DNA of 64,000 bases from an uncultured Chloroflexia bacterium (GCA_963765765.1 CAVXYC010000028.1:32001-96000); one strand, 5' to 3'. Counted from the first letter of the stretch, positions 1-11,900 are shown. Made by a program: numbers and translations. The notes: a model not told the origin generated them from the letters alone.

Positions 1-18
1 CGTGAAAGATGGGGATAA

Positions 19-1218
<1,200 letters not shown>

Positions 1219-1421
1219 CATTCCAAGACCGTTGCTACAGCACATTCCCAGTCCGCTAAGCTGGAAATTGAAGCCCTTAGGATCGGGCACCGGGATACCG
1301 ACCCGCCCGCACGATGACCGGAAAGCGGATACATCCGCCACCTTGCCGCGACGGCCCTCAATCGAGCAAGGCCCGTTATCCGTCTGGGCTTTTATCGTTT
1401 CGTAGACCCGAGAGAACCACC

Positions 1422-1661
1422 ATGCCAGCGAAGAACCTATCACCCCTGCAACTCTACTTGCCCCACTCCGCCCTGGCCATGCTGCGGGATGTGGCAGCTG
1501 CAGACGACCGAACCGTGGCGAATTGGGCTCGACGCGTGATCTTGCGCGAGCTTGCCGCTGTACAGAAGCCGAAGTGCAGGAAGGTTATCGATCACAAGAC
1601 GGGCGCCGCGGCCCATAATGAGCATTACGACCCGCGAGAAAAATACGAGAACGTGAATTGA
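1422..1661 (+). CDS. Small ribbon-helix-helix/CopG-like DNA-binding protein (putative)
   Basis: LQLYLP...LRDVAAADDRTVANWARRVI fits a strand-helix-helix pattern; GAGAG upstream of ATG. Confidence 0.5.
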   Translation: MPAKNLSPLQLYLPHSALAMLRDVAAADDRTVANWARRVILRELAAVQKPKCRKVIDHKTGAAAHNEHYDPREKYENVN

Positions 1662-2488
1662 TGACATAAACGAAAGACGTTGCTCCAGACACTCCACCCA
1701 GCATGCTCGGCAGCTGGGCCACCGCTGATCTGCTCGCGATTTCCCCACGGCCTCCAATTGTGGAGGGACTTGTCCCTGCCCGCAGCCTGACCGTCCTGAC
1801 GGGCGAAGATTCCGCCGAGCGGCCTCAACGCCGTCACAGATATCGCGTGCTGTGTAGCAAGTGGCACTCGCTATTTGCGGCACCAAGTACGTGTCGGTAC
1901 CACGGCGTCCTGCCACCTTGACGGCCGACAGACAATCAGCAAGCGGCTCATCGACTGGAGTGAAGCACATCCCAACGCTAGCCTGGCTTCCCCTGCACAT
2001 CCTCCTCGGCCCAATCTCCGTCCTCGACCGGGCGACGTTAGCAAACTACGGAAAAGTCTGGAACGTATGCCGCAGGCGCCAGAGCTTATGGTCATCGACA
2101 ACCTGCCCTTTGCGATACACCCCGGAGATGAGAGCCACACTCAGCACATGGTGGGCGCCATGATGGCCTTGGACGACCTTCGCAGCACCCTAGACTACAG
2201 TGTTCTTATGGTCCAACCACTGAGTAAAATCGGGGGAGATCCAGGGCTCCAGTGCGATCCTGGACGCCGCTAAGAGATGGTGTTGAGCGTCAACGGTGAG
2301 CATGTTTGCCGTTGGCTTGGGACCAGCCCGACCGACACATACGGCAGAACGCGAAAGCCACGTCGCAGCAGAGGTGGCAAGTGACTCGACCATTGCGCAA
2401 CGAGAGAATCGTCGCGTCCGATCGGGTTCTTCGTCGGTCAAGAGTTGCGGGCAACAGCGTACTTGGAGAACCCGGGACCGAACCTGAC
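1661..2488 (+). pseudogene. Degenerate/frameshifted AAA_25 (RepA-like RecA-fold helicase) homolog
   Basis: TADLL..PPIVEGLVPARSLTVLTG N-terminal motif and LMVIDNL Walker B; Walker A not recognisable; split over several frames. Confidence 0.5.
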
Positions 2489-2511
2489 GTGAACTGGCCT
2501 TCCATCCATAT

Positions 2512-2533
2512 CATTATGGTGCCATTATGGTGC
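2512..2533. repeat. Tandem 11-bp direct repeat CATTATGGTGC x2 upstream of integrase
   Basis: Exact copies at 2512-2522 and 2523-2533. Confidence 0.7.
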
Positions 2534-2729
2534 GATAACTAGCCACATCTACACCACAATTAGGCAGAGGAGTATGGATCGAGTGGCGACAAATTGAGGC
2601 TCCCAGCAGATTCGCACGCTCACTTAAGCGATTGGCCGAATGAGGAAGACGCTACGATTGAACAGTCATGATCGTCCGGCTTGGTACGTGAAGCCCTTGC
2701 GCAGCGGGGATCCATCGTACGAGAGGAGA

Positions 2730-3900
2730 GCTAGGGGATGTAAGCGCGGCAACGGTGAAGGGAGCATTTGGCGCCGGAAGGATGGACTCTGGCGCGGGCG
2801 GGTCATGGTGGGCACCCGGTCTGACGGTACACCGGACGTGCGAACGGTTCACGCCAAAACCCGGGCGAGGTGCAGCGGCGGCTCGACGACCTGAAACAGC
2901 GACTATAAACGGCACATTCGCGGGGGCCGCCCAGGAACGTGAGACGGTTGCGCGTACCTCAAAGGTGGCTCGGAGCAATCAAGACAAGCGTCCGGCCAAA
3001 GACCCTGGACTGGACCTGAGCAAGCCTGTTCCGCCTTCACCTAATGCCCAGGCCTCGGAAAACACCGCACATCGTGGAATTGAAGCCGGACCAGATTCAG
3101 CGCTTTATGCTGACAAGCAGGCATGCCGGCCTTGCACCCCGCACCGTCCATCACTGCACGCGGTCCTTCATCGAGCACTCGAAATGGCGATGAAGTGGGG
3201 TTATGTGCCCCGTAATGCCGCCGACGTTGTAGACGCCCCGACGCGTGCCACGCAAAGAGATCATCCCGCCCACGCCGTGGGACATTGTGCGGCTCCTTGA
3301 AACGGCCGAGGCCTCCGATGGACCGCTTGCGAGCGCTCTGGTTAACGTGGCCGCACTCGGGCTGCCGTTTCGGCGAACTGCTGGCCCTGCAATGGTCGGA
3401 CGTAAACTTGGAGCGCGGGACCTTGACTATTCGCCGAACGCTGGTCTCGTCCGCCGCCGGCGAGCCCACATATGGTGAGCCAGAAAGTATCGCGTCGCCG
3501 CCGCACCGTCAAGCTCGATACGGACGCGATTGGTGAGCTTCGTGCCCACCGCGATCGGCAGACTTGGGAGCGGCAGGCGCTGGGTGCGTAACGGCGAACG
3601 CAACCTCGTCTTCGCCACTGTTCGGGGTCTGGCCTACCGTCGAGCGCGGTTAGCCATCGGTTCAAACGGCTCTACGACGCGGGGGGCTGAGCAGTTCGAT
3701 TCGCTTCCACGATCTCCGCCACGCGAGCGCTACGGCGATGTTAACGCGGGCATCCATCCCAAAGCCGCATCCGCACGCCTGGGACACGAATATCGCCATC
3801 ACGATGGATCTGTACACCCATGCCCTCGGCGAACTCGACAGGAAGCCGCCGCGGATTGGAGGAGGTTTGCGGCGGGCTCGGGAGCCCCCGACGTGGGCTG
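2730..3900 (+). CDS. Tyrosine site-specific integrase (frameshifted; boundaries approximate)
   Basis: KRGNGEGSIWRRKDG arm-binding motif, GCRFGELLALQWSDV, RFHDLRH, ARLGH and ITMDLYTH catalytic motifs; converges on the tRNA 3' end. Confidence 0.9.
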
Positions 3901-3923
3901 GTTGGTCAGCCATTGGGACACGT

Positions 3924-3962
3924 AGAAAGAATAGGCCACGGCAATTGACATATGCCGCGGCT
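3924..3962 (-). terminator. Intrinsic terminator downstream of tRNA-Leu
   Basis: Minus-strand stem GCCGCGGCA/TGCCGTGGC followed by TATTCTTTCT. Confidence 0.55.
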
Positions 3963-3980
3963 AATCTGAACTTGATAACC

Positions 3981-4065
3981 GGTGCCGAAGGGGGGATTCG
4001 AACCCCCATGAGGTTGCCCTCAACGGTGTTTGAGACCGTCGCGTCTGCCGTTCCGCCACTTCGGC
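3981..4065 (-). tRNA. tRNA-Leu(CAA)
   Basis: GCCGAAG/CTTCGGC acceptor stem, anticodon arm ACGGT-CTCAAAC-ACCGT, long variable arm, GGTTCGAATCC T arm; ends ACCG, so CCA is not fully encoded. Confidence 0.97.
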
Positions 4066-4146
4066 TGGCTCCGAAGATTATAGCGAAGCGCGATGGCGGA
4101 ATGGCGAGCAGGCGTTGCGGTACCTCGCGAGGGCCGTCGCGTTGGG

Positions 4147-4329
4147 TCCTCGGTGGCGCGGGTCTCCGTACCCGCCAGTCATCCTCGCTTCCCGTAGCTT
4201 CGGGCATCTTGACCGCTCGCGGAGCGCCGAAGTCCATCCAAGGGTAACGCGCTACGCGTCCGGGCAGGATCCCCGGGGCTACGGATAACCCGAGTGAGTT
4301 GGCGGGTACGAGACCCGCGCCACCGAGGA
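4147..4329. repeat. Nested REP/REPIN-like inverted repeat cluster (GTGG-type outer pair, GTAG-type inner pair)
   Basis: Outer arms 4147-4177/4300-4329 are near perfect; inner arms 4192-4215/4261-4284 are imperfect. Confidence 0.8.
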
Positions 4330-4376
4330 GGAGCTTCACGACGCTGCGCTACGCGGTGCTCGAAGCGGGAGCCCGA

Positions 4377-4968
4377 CTAACAGCGCGAGAGGCCGCGGGC
4401 TATGATCCAGTCCTGGACGGATTGGGGGCCTGCTGGCATGGCGGCCAGGAGGTCGTTGAGATCTTGCTCCAGTGGCGATTCCGCGCCTTCACGACCGGTG
4501 GGGCTGGTGAGGTACGCCCAGGCATGGGCTTGCTCCTGGTGCGCGCGGATCTCGCTTTCCATGCACGCGGTGGGATCAAGGGCCCGACCTGCCTGGATGA
4601 GGTCCACAGCGTGGCGGGACTCGTGGGCCATGAGGGCGGCGAGCGCTTCGGCCGAGGCGTCCGCGTAGCCGCTGTCGATAAAAATCGTTCCGCCGTTGAT
4701 CACGGCGCCGCCGCGAGGCAGGAAGGCCGTGGGCTGGCCGCCGGGGGCACGACCGCGCGACCAGTTGACCTGCACGGCCGCTGCGTCCAGGGCCGCCACC
4801 AGGCCAGCGCCTTGCGCCTGGTCATAGTCAGCTAAAAAATGCAAATGCCGGCTCCAGGCCGGCGCCAACCGCAACTTCAGCCGATACGGAACGCGGCACC
4901 ATAGATGAGAACATGCTGGTTGCTAGAAAAAGCGATGACGCGATGGTCCAGATGTGGCGCTTGTGCAA
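4377..4968 (-). CDS. Secreted protein with HExxH zincin-like motif (frameshift in A-run ~4835)
   Basis: LMAHESRH motif with downstream ESEIRA; signal peptide-like N-terminus from TTG at 4968 once the homopolymer indel is corrected. Confidence 0.55.
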
Positions 4969-4978
4969 TTCTGATCTT

Positions 4979-5015
4979 CCTCACCTTATCCCCCTTCCCA
5001 GAGGGACAGGGGGAT
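4979..5015. repeat. CCTCACC...CCCCTTCCC/GGGACAGGGG palindromic intergenic repeat
   Basis: Resembles the widespread CCCTCACCCC-CCTCTCCC-GGGAGAGG short palindrome family. Confidence 0.45.
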
Positions 5016-6034
5016 TTTGTCACATTGCTCTAGCGGAGCCCAGTCTATGCCGCCGTACCCGCCTCGATCGGAGATCTTTCGACCTGCTCCACCGCTCGCA
5101 TCGAAGTGGTAGATACCACCGGGCGCGTACATCAAGAAATCTTGTCCATCGGGGGACCACGCCAGGGCAGGCTCATCTTCGCCGCTCGGCGCAAGCTTGC
5201 TCGTCTCCCCCGTCTCTGTATTAACGGCCCAGACGTCAAACGGGTCTCCATGCGCATAGGCGACAGGCACGTCGAACAATCTCACCAGGAAATGGCCGGG
5301 CGCTTCGGCTGATCCAACAGGGTTGGCGCCAGCGAAAGTGATCGACTTCCCATCGGGCGCAAATCGCGGCGATGAGATTGCGGTGAATCGGCCCGCCCTG
5401 GACGAGCTGCCGCGGCTCGCCGCCATCAGTGCTCATCATCCACAGCTCCTGGCCGAGGCGTGAGTCACGTAGGAACGAGACCTGACGGCCGTCTCGGGAC
5501 ACCCACGGCGCGTAACCCTCGGTGATTGAGGTCCGAGTATTCGTCTCGCGGTCAAGTTTCTCAACTCGGGAGACGAACCGCTGTCCCTCTTGCTTCAATG
5601 TGCTGAAGTAAAGTGTTTTCCCGTCTGGCGACCACGCGGGAAAATCCACCTGCGCGCCGGGAATGTCCCGTTCAACCAGAATCGCTCGGCTCCCCGCCTT
5701 CGGCGGGAATGACGAAGATCTCCGCACTGGTCGCCGGATCGCCCGGCTTACGGTAAAAGTAGCCGTAGGCGATCTCAGAACCGGACGGAGCCCAGGTAGC
5801 CGATGTGACGGAAGCGCCTCGGTCCGGATTGAGCAGACGGTTTTCCTTGAGCGATGGAAGCTCAAATGTGGAGAGGCCGGCATCCATGGGAATGACTACG
5901 CGACCGCTCAGCTCGCGCGTCGCTGTGGGCGTCTGCGGGGCGATCGTCATCGATCGACCAAACGCCGTTGCGCCGTAGGCTCCCAGCGCCAACAGACCCA
6001 CCACAAGGCAGGTTCCGATCAAGCGTCCTAGCAT
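4986..6034 (-). CDS. TolB-like PD40 beta-propeller exported protein (2 frameshifts)
   Basis: Signal peptide; repeated PAWSPDG, PRFAPDG, LAWSPDG motifs across 3 ORFs. Confidence 0.85.
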
Positions 6035-6053
6035 GCGTTTAGCAACGTCTGAG

Positions 6054-8264
6054 TCAGAGCCTCGGCTCGGCTGTAATGGCCCGAATCGCGTTCACGAGGT
6101 GCCAGCGATCGTCATCGGAGAGCTCGTTCGCAAAGCCGGGCATCTCAGTTCCGTTAATGCCATTGGAGATCCAGAAATACAGGTCTCCATCCGAGTGTCC
6201 CGCGGACAAGTGTACCCGAAGATCCGTCAGCCTCCCGCCACTTTCGGCGACGCGAGCTCCGTCACCCCGACCGTCACGACCATGGCATTCCGCGCAGGCC
6301 CGCTCGTAAGTCTCCCGCCCTCTAACAACCGATTGCTCAGTCGCGGAGATCGGATTCACAGAGCGGCGAACATTGAGCGTGGTTACTGCCTCGCTCGGAG
6401 TGGGCCGCACCGCCACGTAGCCGCCAAGGAGCACGATTGCCGCGGTGGCAGCGATGAGGCCCCGTGCCTCACCGGAGCGTGTTCCCAGCGATTTGACAAC
6501 GAACGCAAACATGCCCAGACCTAGCCCAATCAGTCCGAGTGCAACCATCACTGAGGCAGTCAGTGCTCCACCACGCAAGACGGGCGGCGGCAGCACGGGG
6601 GTACCGGGCCCTACCAGGCTTAGCGGCGCTCGAACCAACAGGTCCTCACCACTATCCAGCCGAACGACGCTCTCCAGCAACCAGCCACCCGCCATGCTCA
6701 GCATTGGCCCGCGCACCACGAGAGCGCCGCTCTCGTCCGGATCGAGCCGAGCTCCACTCGGCGGAAAGTCATCATCCTGGAACGTAGCCAGCACCCGTGC
6801 TGACACAATCCTCCCGCGCAACTCGTCCGGCGGCTGGAGAACGATCGTGTTCTCACCTGGCCGCCCGGGATCAATCCGCGTCAGCCAGTTGAGATCGCCA
6901 ACCACAGTCCGCGTCTCAATCGGCCGGGCGCGAAGCTGTTGCTGGTACGTCTGCCAGGCCGGCGGAAGATAGACCAGGACCGCCGTAACGCCGAGCGCTA
7001 GAGCGGCCAGACCAATCTCGAGTCTCGTCCTTCGAACGACGGCGGCAACCGAATCGATCGTCCGTGCACGGTGGGCATGAACGAGCCTCCTGGCTTGCCA
7101 GGCAATTGCGACGATCGCCGTTACCGTGATGAGCTTTGCCAGCAGAAGCTGGCCTGGCAGCGTCTCGATCAACGCACGGGGGTCCCCCACAAGCACCAGT
7201 GTCTGACCAAAGCCGCTCAAGACAATCGCGACGAATGACCCCAGAGCCATCCGTGCAACTGGCCCCGCCAGCACCAACGCTGCACCGGTCGAAGCGGCCA
7301 GAACGAGTCCCACCGCAGCGCCCAACCAGAGCCCGATCGCTACAAGATGTAGCCAGCTCAGCCCGACGCCAACCCATGAGCCGTCCATGGCCGACGACGC
7401 GTGGGAGAGCGATGCAAACGTGTACAGCGCCAGCCCCGCCAGAATCACGGCGCCGCCCCAGCGTTGCGCTCGCTCTGATTCGGCCAGCCGCTGCTGGTAG
7501 CGCAGCACGCCGAACACGGCCGCGCCCAGTGCCATCCGCCCGAGCCAGAAAGCGCCGTAACGCGTGCGCACCACCAGGTTCTCGGCCGACGCTAATATGG
7601 AGCTCAACGAGGCTTCGTCAGCCAGCTCCACGGCCTGTTGGATGAGCAGAGCCAGGCTGGAGCACGCGAATAACAACGAGCTCCAGAACACTAGCCGAGT
7701 TAACCGACTGTCCACGGCCACCCGCTGTTGCGACGTGAGAGACGGCCGGACGGGCCCGACGGCAAAGACTCGAAAAGCCGGGATGCCAACCAGGAATAAT
7801 GCGGCGATGTAGCCGACCAGGCGAAGAGCGGCTCCAATCCAAAGGGATGGCTGCCTGAGTACCTCCGTTACCCCTAGCCCGGTCGCTGACTCGCTCGTCC
7901 CGAACGCGAACGTGACCACTCCGCGGTCGATATGACCATCGATGGCAGACAGCGCACGATAAGAGATCGTGTAGACGCCCGGCTGCAGATTCTCCACGGG
8001 CGCGCTCAACACTCGACCCGTTTCGGTGTCAATTCGGCCTACGACGCGATCTACTCGACGACCGCGGGCGTCAAGCAACGAGAGATCGGTCATCCCGGCC
8101 GCGACTGGCTCGGAGAAGTAGAGCCGAAGCTCCGAGGGCGGCTCATCCAGGCTGGAGCTCATCGGCGGGTCGGAGCCCAGAAGCTCAGCGTGAGCCGAGA
8201 CATATTCAGGGCAGATGAGCCAGACGCCCAGCAGCACTAGAGACGCCAGAACGCGAGAGCGCAT
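6054..8264 (-). CDS. CopC-CopD-(YtkA-like)-cytochrome c fusion, copper uptake/resistance protein
   Basis: HAELLGSDP mature N-terminus and DGH motif (CopC), SHA and WLHL in TM region (CopD), C-terminal CAECH heme motif and GTEMP. Confidence 0.9.
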   Translation of the reverse strand: MRSRVLASLVLLGVWLICPEYVSAHAELLGSDPPMSSSLDEPPSELRLYFSEPVAAGMTDLSLLDARGRRVDRVVGRIDTETGRVLSAPVENLQPGVYTISYRALSAIDGHIDRGVVTFAFGTSESATGLGVTEVLRQPSLWIGAALRLVGYIAALFLVGIPAFRVFAVGPVRPSLTSQQRVAVDSRLTRLVFWSSLLFACSSLALLIQQAVELADEASLSSILASAENLVVRTRYGAFWLGRMALGAAVFGVLRYQQRLAESERAQRWGGAVILAGLALYTFASLSHASSAMDGSWVGVGLSWLHLVAIGLWLGAAVGLVLAASTGAALVLAGPVARMALGSFVAIVLSGFGQTLVLVGDPRALIETLPGQLLLAKLITVTAIVAIAWQARRLVHAHRARTIDSVAAVVRRTRLEIGLAALALGVTAVLVYLPPAWQTYQQQLRARPIETRTVVGDLNWLTRIDPGRPGENTIVLQPPDELRGRIVSARVLATFQDDDFPPSGARLDPDESGALVVRGPMLSMAGGWLLESVVRLDSGEDLLVRAPLSLVGPGTPVLPPPVLRGGALTASVMVALGLIGLGLGMFAFVVKSLGTRSGEARGLIAATAAIVLLGGYVAVRPTPSEAVTTLNVRRSVNPISATEQSVVRGRETYERACAECHGRDGRGDGARVAESGGRLTDLRVHLSAGHSDGDLYFWISNGINGTEMPGFANELSDDDRWHLVNAIRAITAEPRL

Positions 8265-8266
8265 GC

Positions 8267-8482
8267 TCAGGGCTGCTCGGGTTGCTTCTCGTTCACTCCG
8301 TCAGCGGTGCCGATGATTTCGTCATCCGCCTCGTCGTCCCGCGAAGAGCGGTTTGTCCATTTCACAACAACAACCGCCAGGATCACGCCAACCGCCAGAA
8401 TGATGAGCTCATCCCAGCCACCCGCCATCCCGTGCAACAGAAGCAAATTGCCGGGCAGCAGCGGAGCATCAAGCATGCACAA
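8267..8482 (-). CDS. Small membrane protein
   Basis: LLHG..WDE plus one TM helix and acidic tail; directly upstream of the copCD fusion. Confidence 0.55.
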   Translation of the reverse strand: MCMLDAPLLPGNLLLLHGMAGGWDELIILAVGVILAVVVVKWTNRSSRDDEADDEIIGTADGVNEKQPEQP

Positions 8483-8517
8483 CCATTCCGAGGAAACTAT
8501 ACTCGGGCGACATATCC

Positions 8518-8655
8518 ATGCGTCGAAACCTGCTGCTCACCGCGCTCGTAGTGCTGACCGCTGTCTACCTCTACTGGTCGCGTAACGTCATCACGCGCGT
8601 CCCCGGCTATACGACTCCGATCGGTCAGACGCCCACGGTGCTGCAGAAACCGTAG
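8518..8655 (+). CDS. 45-aa single-TM small protein (MRRNLLLTALVVLTAVYLYW...)
   Basis: Read from the sequence; below the ORF-track cutoff; basic N-terminus plus hydrophobic helix. Confidence 0.45.
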   Translation: MRRNLLLTALVVLTAVYLYWSRNVITRVPGYTTPIGQTPTVLQKP

Positions 8656-8664
8656 TGTCTTGCT

Positions 8665-8915
8665 CGGTGGCGTCGAGCATCTTGCCAGAGCCCACCAGTA
8701 TCTCCAGATACTGACGTTCAGCAGCCGTAGCGCCGGGCATCCTGCCCCCGCGCCAAGCCTGGGTATCTAGTTGAGAAATCTACGCTTTGCGTGCGGGCAG
8801 GATGCCCGGCGCTACGGGCCTATCGATCTGATGCCTGGGTCGGAAAGTGGAGCGGTCTGAGTAGCTGCCGCTATCGACCACTTCTTGACGAGCGGGTGCG
8901 GAGACCGCGCCACCG
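8665..8915. repeat. Second REP/REPIN cluster, same families as 4147-4329
   Basis: Perfect 23-bp inverted repeat 8725-8747/8795-8817 (CCGTAGCGCCGGGCATCCTGCCC), degenerate copy 8665-8686, GTGG-type copy 8892-8915. Confidence 0.85.
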
Positions 8916-8942
8916 GGGCCACGGGTCCGGGGCGCGATTCAC

Positions 8943-9968
8943 CTAGCCGCCGATATACGACATCTCGACTTTGGGGAGATCGGTGGTGGCCTCGGAGCGG
9001 AGCTCTGAGTAGCGGTCGGTCCGTGATTGCCAGGTGCCACGCACGAGGGAGGCAATCTGGTCATCCGTGTCGCCACGACGGAGCGCCTCGCGGAAGTCGA
9101 CACCGTTGACGCCGAACAGGCAAGTGAACAGCTTGCCTTCAGACGAAAGACGAGCGCGGGTGCAGCCCTGGCAGAACGGTTGCGTCACCGAGGCGATGAC
9201 TCCGACCTCGCCTGATCCGTCAACGTAGCGGAATCGATTTGCGACTTCCCCAGGATAGGTCGGTGGTACAGGCTCCAGTGGCAAGACCTCGCTGATACGT
9301 TGAACGATCTCCTTAGCGGATACCACATCGTCCATGCGCCAGCCGTTGGTGTGTCCCACATCCATGAACTCGATGAAACGTACGATATGCCCGGCGTCAC
9401 GGAAATATCGCGCCATGGGAACGATGTCCTGCTCGTTCAGCCCTCGCTTGACGACCATATTGACCTTGATTGGGCCGAGTCCAGCGGACGAGGCCGCCTC
9501 AATGCCTTCGAGGACGTTCTCAACTGGAAAGGCCACGTCGTTCATAGCCTGAAACGTCTCGTTGTTGAGCGAATCAAGGCTGACCGTCACGCGGCTCAAG
9601 CCTGCTTCCTTCAGAGCCACAGCTTTCCGAGCCAGCAAAGAGCCATTGGTCGTGAGCGCGATGTCCTCGAGGCCGGGCAACGCGCTGAGCATCGCCACCA
9701 GACGCTCAATATCGCGTCTGACAAGCGGCTCGCCGCCCGTTAGTCGGACTTTCCGCATTCCGTGATCGATAAATATGCGGGCAAGCCTGGTGATCTCTTC
9801 GAAACTCAACAGCGCCGCTGACGGAAGGAATGCGAAGTCTGGTCCGAATATCTCTTTGGGCATGCAGTAGACGCAGCGAAAATTGCACCGGTCTGTCACT
9901 GAGATGCGGAGATCGCGTAACGGACGGTTGAGTTGGTCAACGATCGTAAGAGGTTCTGTCATGGTCAC
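8943..9968 (-). CDS. moaA: GTP 3',8-cyclase (Moco biosynthesis radical SAM)
   Basis: [20 protein letters not shown]-terminal MSYIGG. Confidence 0.97.
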   Translation of the reverse strand: MTMTEPLTIVDQLNRPLRDLRISVTDRCNFRCVYCMPKEIFGPDFAFLPSAALLSFEEITRLARIFIDHGMRKVRLTGGEPLVRRDIERLVAMLSALPGLEDIALTTNGSLLARKAVALKEAGLSRVTVSLDSLNNETFQAMNDVAFPVENVLEGIEAASSAGLGPIKVNMVVKRGLNEQDIVPMARYFRDAGHIVRFIEFMDVGHTNGWRMDDVVSAKEIVQRISEVLPLEPVPPTYPGEVANRFRYVDGSGEVGVIASVTQPFCQGCTRARLSSEGKLFTCLFGVNGVDFREALRRGDTDDQIASLVRGTWQSRTDRYSELRSEATTDLPKVEMSYIGG

Positions 9969-10073
9969 TCTAGAGACGAATAATCGTCACGGATATAGAC
10001 ACCCAAATAATCCGACTGTTTTCCTAGGTTATTGACAAGTATACCAGTCCAGCGGTCATCACCTCACTCGTAG

Positions 10074-10529
10074 TCACGCGTCTGCCTTATCACGCGCACT
10101 GATCGCTCGAGCGCACCAGCCTTGTACTTCCTCGTTGACGCCCAGCTTCTGGAGCTCGTCCAGCGCGTACCATCCCGCCTGCACTGAGCTTGCGTGGACC
10201 GGGTCGATCTGAGAGTACTCAAGAGGCACCGCGAAGTAAATCAGATCTATGTGCTGATGTCGCGGAGCTATGTCCTCCAACTGAATCCCCGCCGGTCGAA
10301 TGAGCTGGCGAGGATAGTCGATCGGAAGACCGCGATAGCCGCTGAGCATTATGTCGACTCCCGTTTCTTCGTACACTTCGCGAACAGCGGCCTCGTCCGG
10401 AAGCTCGCCTGGCTCGATGTGTCCACCAGGCGGTAGCCACATCCCGAGCTTCACATGACGGTGCAAGAGCACTCGACGGTCCGAGACGACGAAGACAGCA
10501 ACGGTAAAATGGCGATCGATCTCAGTCAT
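10074..10529 (-). CDS. NUDIX hydrolase
   Basis: GGHIEPGELPDEAAVREVYEETG Nudix box. Confidence 0.92.
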   Translation of the reverse strand: MTEIDRHFTVAVFVVSDRRVLLHRHVKLGMWLPPGGHIEPGELPDEAAVREVYEETGVDIMLSGYRGLPIDYPRQLIRPAGIQLEDIAPRHQHIDLIYFAVPLEYSQIDPVHASSVQAGWYALDELQKLGVNEEVQGWCARAISARDKADA

Positions 10530-10691
10530 TGGCAGCAGATGCTAGCACGCACACGAATCGAGCCTTGAAATAGAATCAATGCGCCTGGAATGTCGACTCG
10601 GCTCGTTTGGGACGTCTTACGCACACTACGATTCCCATCGTTGCCGACGACTCCCCACGGCCCTCGCAGAGGCCGAGCGCGCGAGACATCG

Positions 10692-11260
10692 ATGGTTCTG
10701 ATGCAATTGAGCACTGAAACCTTGACAGCGCTTGACCGCGCGCTTGCGCGACGGGTTAACCTTGCCACAAGGAAATCCCAACGACTGTCCTCCGCCGCCT
10801 CCACGCTGGCAACAACTGGCTCGTGGGCGGCGGCCACGCTTCTCACGCTGAGCTGGCTGCGCTTCTGGCTGACGCGAAGGTCGCAGGCACGCCACGGTAC
10901 TGAGCGAGCATTCTTGAGCGTCGGCCTGACCTATGTGGTGGTCGAGGCAATCGGCCGAGCATTGCCTCGGGTCCGCCCGTTTGCTGGGTTAGATGACATG
11001 CTCGAGCTCGTGGCGCATGCAGATCGTCGATCGTTTCCTCTCGGCATGTCGCGTCGGCATTCGCCATGTCGACTGCCATAGCCAGAACATCGAGAGAGCT
11101 CGGCTGGAGTTTTGCAATGATCGGTGCGCTCCTTGGAGGAGCGCGAATCGCCGCCGGAGTGCACTATCCCAGTGACATCATTGGTGGAGCGTTCCTGGGC
11201 GCAGCCATCGGCCGCGCGATGAGGGGCAAATCGAGGTGCGCTGGTCTACCGGGCCTTTAG
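10692..11260 (+). CDS. PAP2-family (undecaprenyl-diphosphatase-like) phosphatase, frameshifted
   Basis: PRVRP, SFP, ARIAAGVHYPSD motifs. Confidence 0.85.
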
Positions 11261-11826
11261 TCGCTCTGAGCTACGCGACCGTGCAGCTCGAGCCGATACT
11301 CTGCGGACTGACCAGAACTGAACGAGCTCATGTAGTCGCCTGACCCCGTGACGTCAGCACAACCGGTAGTGCCCCGAACGATCCACCAGTCGCCCTTGCC
11401 GACGTAGCGGTTGACATCACCACGGTACCGAAGGAGCAGCGTACCCGCATCCGATGCGATCTCCATGGTGCCTTCATGAGACCCAGCATAATGAGGCACA
11501 GACAGCACCGCTTCCTCAGATACTCGCAAGCTACCACGAAAACAACCGGATGCTTCGTCCGCACTCATTCGGACCTGATACTCGCGGCCGGTCACTCGAA
11601 ATCGCCCATCACCCACCGGCTGAAGAACGCCACCTGACGCGACACTCCCCGTACCCACACCACTTAGTGGCCCAACCAGGCTCGCGGCTGCGGCCGGCAT
11701 TGCTGAGACTGTCAGCGCAGCAGCCGCTAGAACTACTTGGATGGATCGGTGTACGCGGAGCATCCGGTGAGTTGTCCTTTGCACTTTCGTACTCACTGTA
11801 ACGCCCAAAAGACCAAAAGGGATCAC
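11257..11826 (-). CDS. Hypothetical secreted beta-rich protein (start probably ~11763)
   Basis: Signal peptide ending PAAA; IVRGTT..VTGSG resembles AOC/dirigent-like barrels. Confidence 0.6.
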   Translation of the reverse strand: MIPFGLLGVTVSTKVQRTTHRMLRVHRSIQVVLAAAALTVSAMPAAAASLVGPLSGVGTGSVASGGVLQPVGDGRFRVTGREYQVRMSADEASGCFRGSLRVSEEAVLSVPHYAGSHEGTMEIASDAGTLLLRYRGDVNRYVGKGDWWIVRGTTGCADVTGSGDYMSSFSSGQSAEYRLELHGRVAQSD

Positions 11827-11900
11827 TTCTCGGAGTCAATTCGAGAATTTCCAAAAAACTCGTCAAACCACCATCTGCACCATTCCAAATTCGGCGCTTG

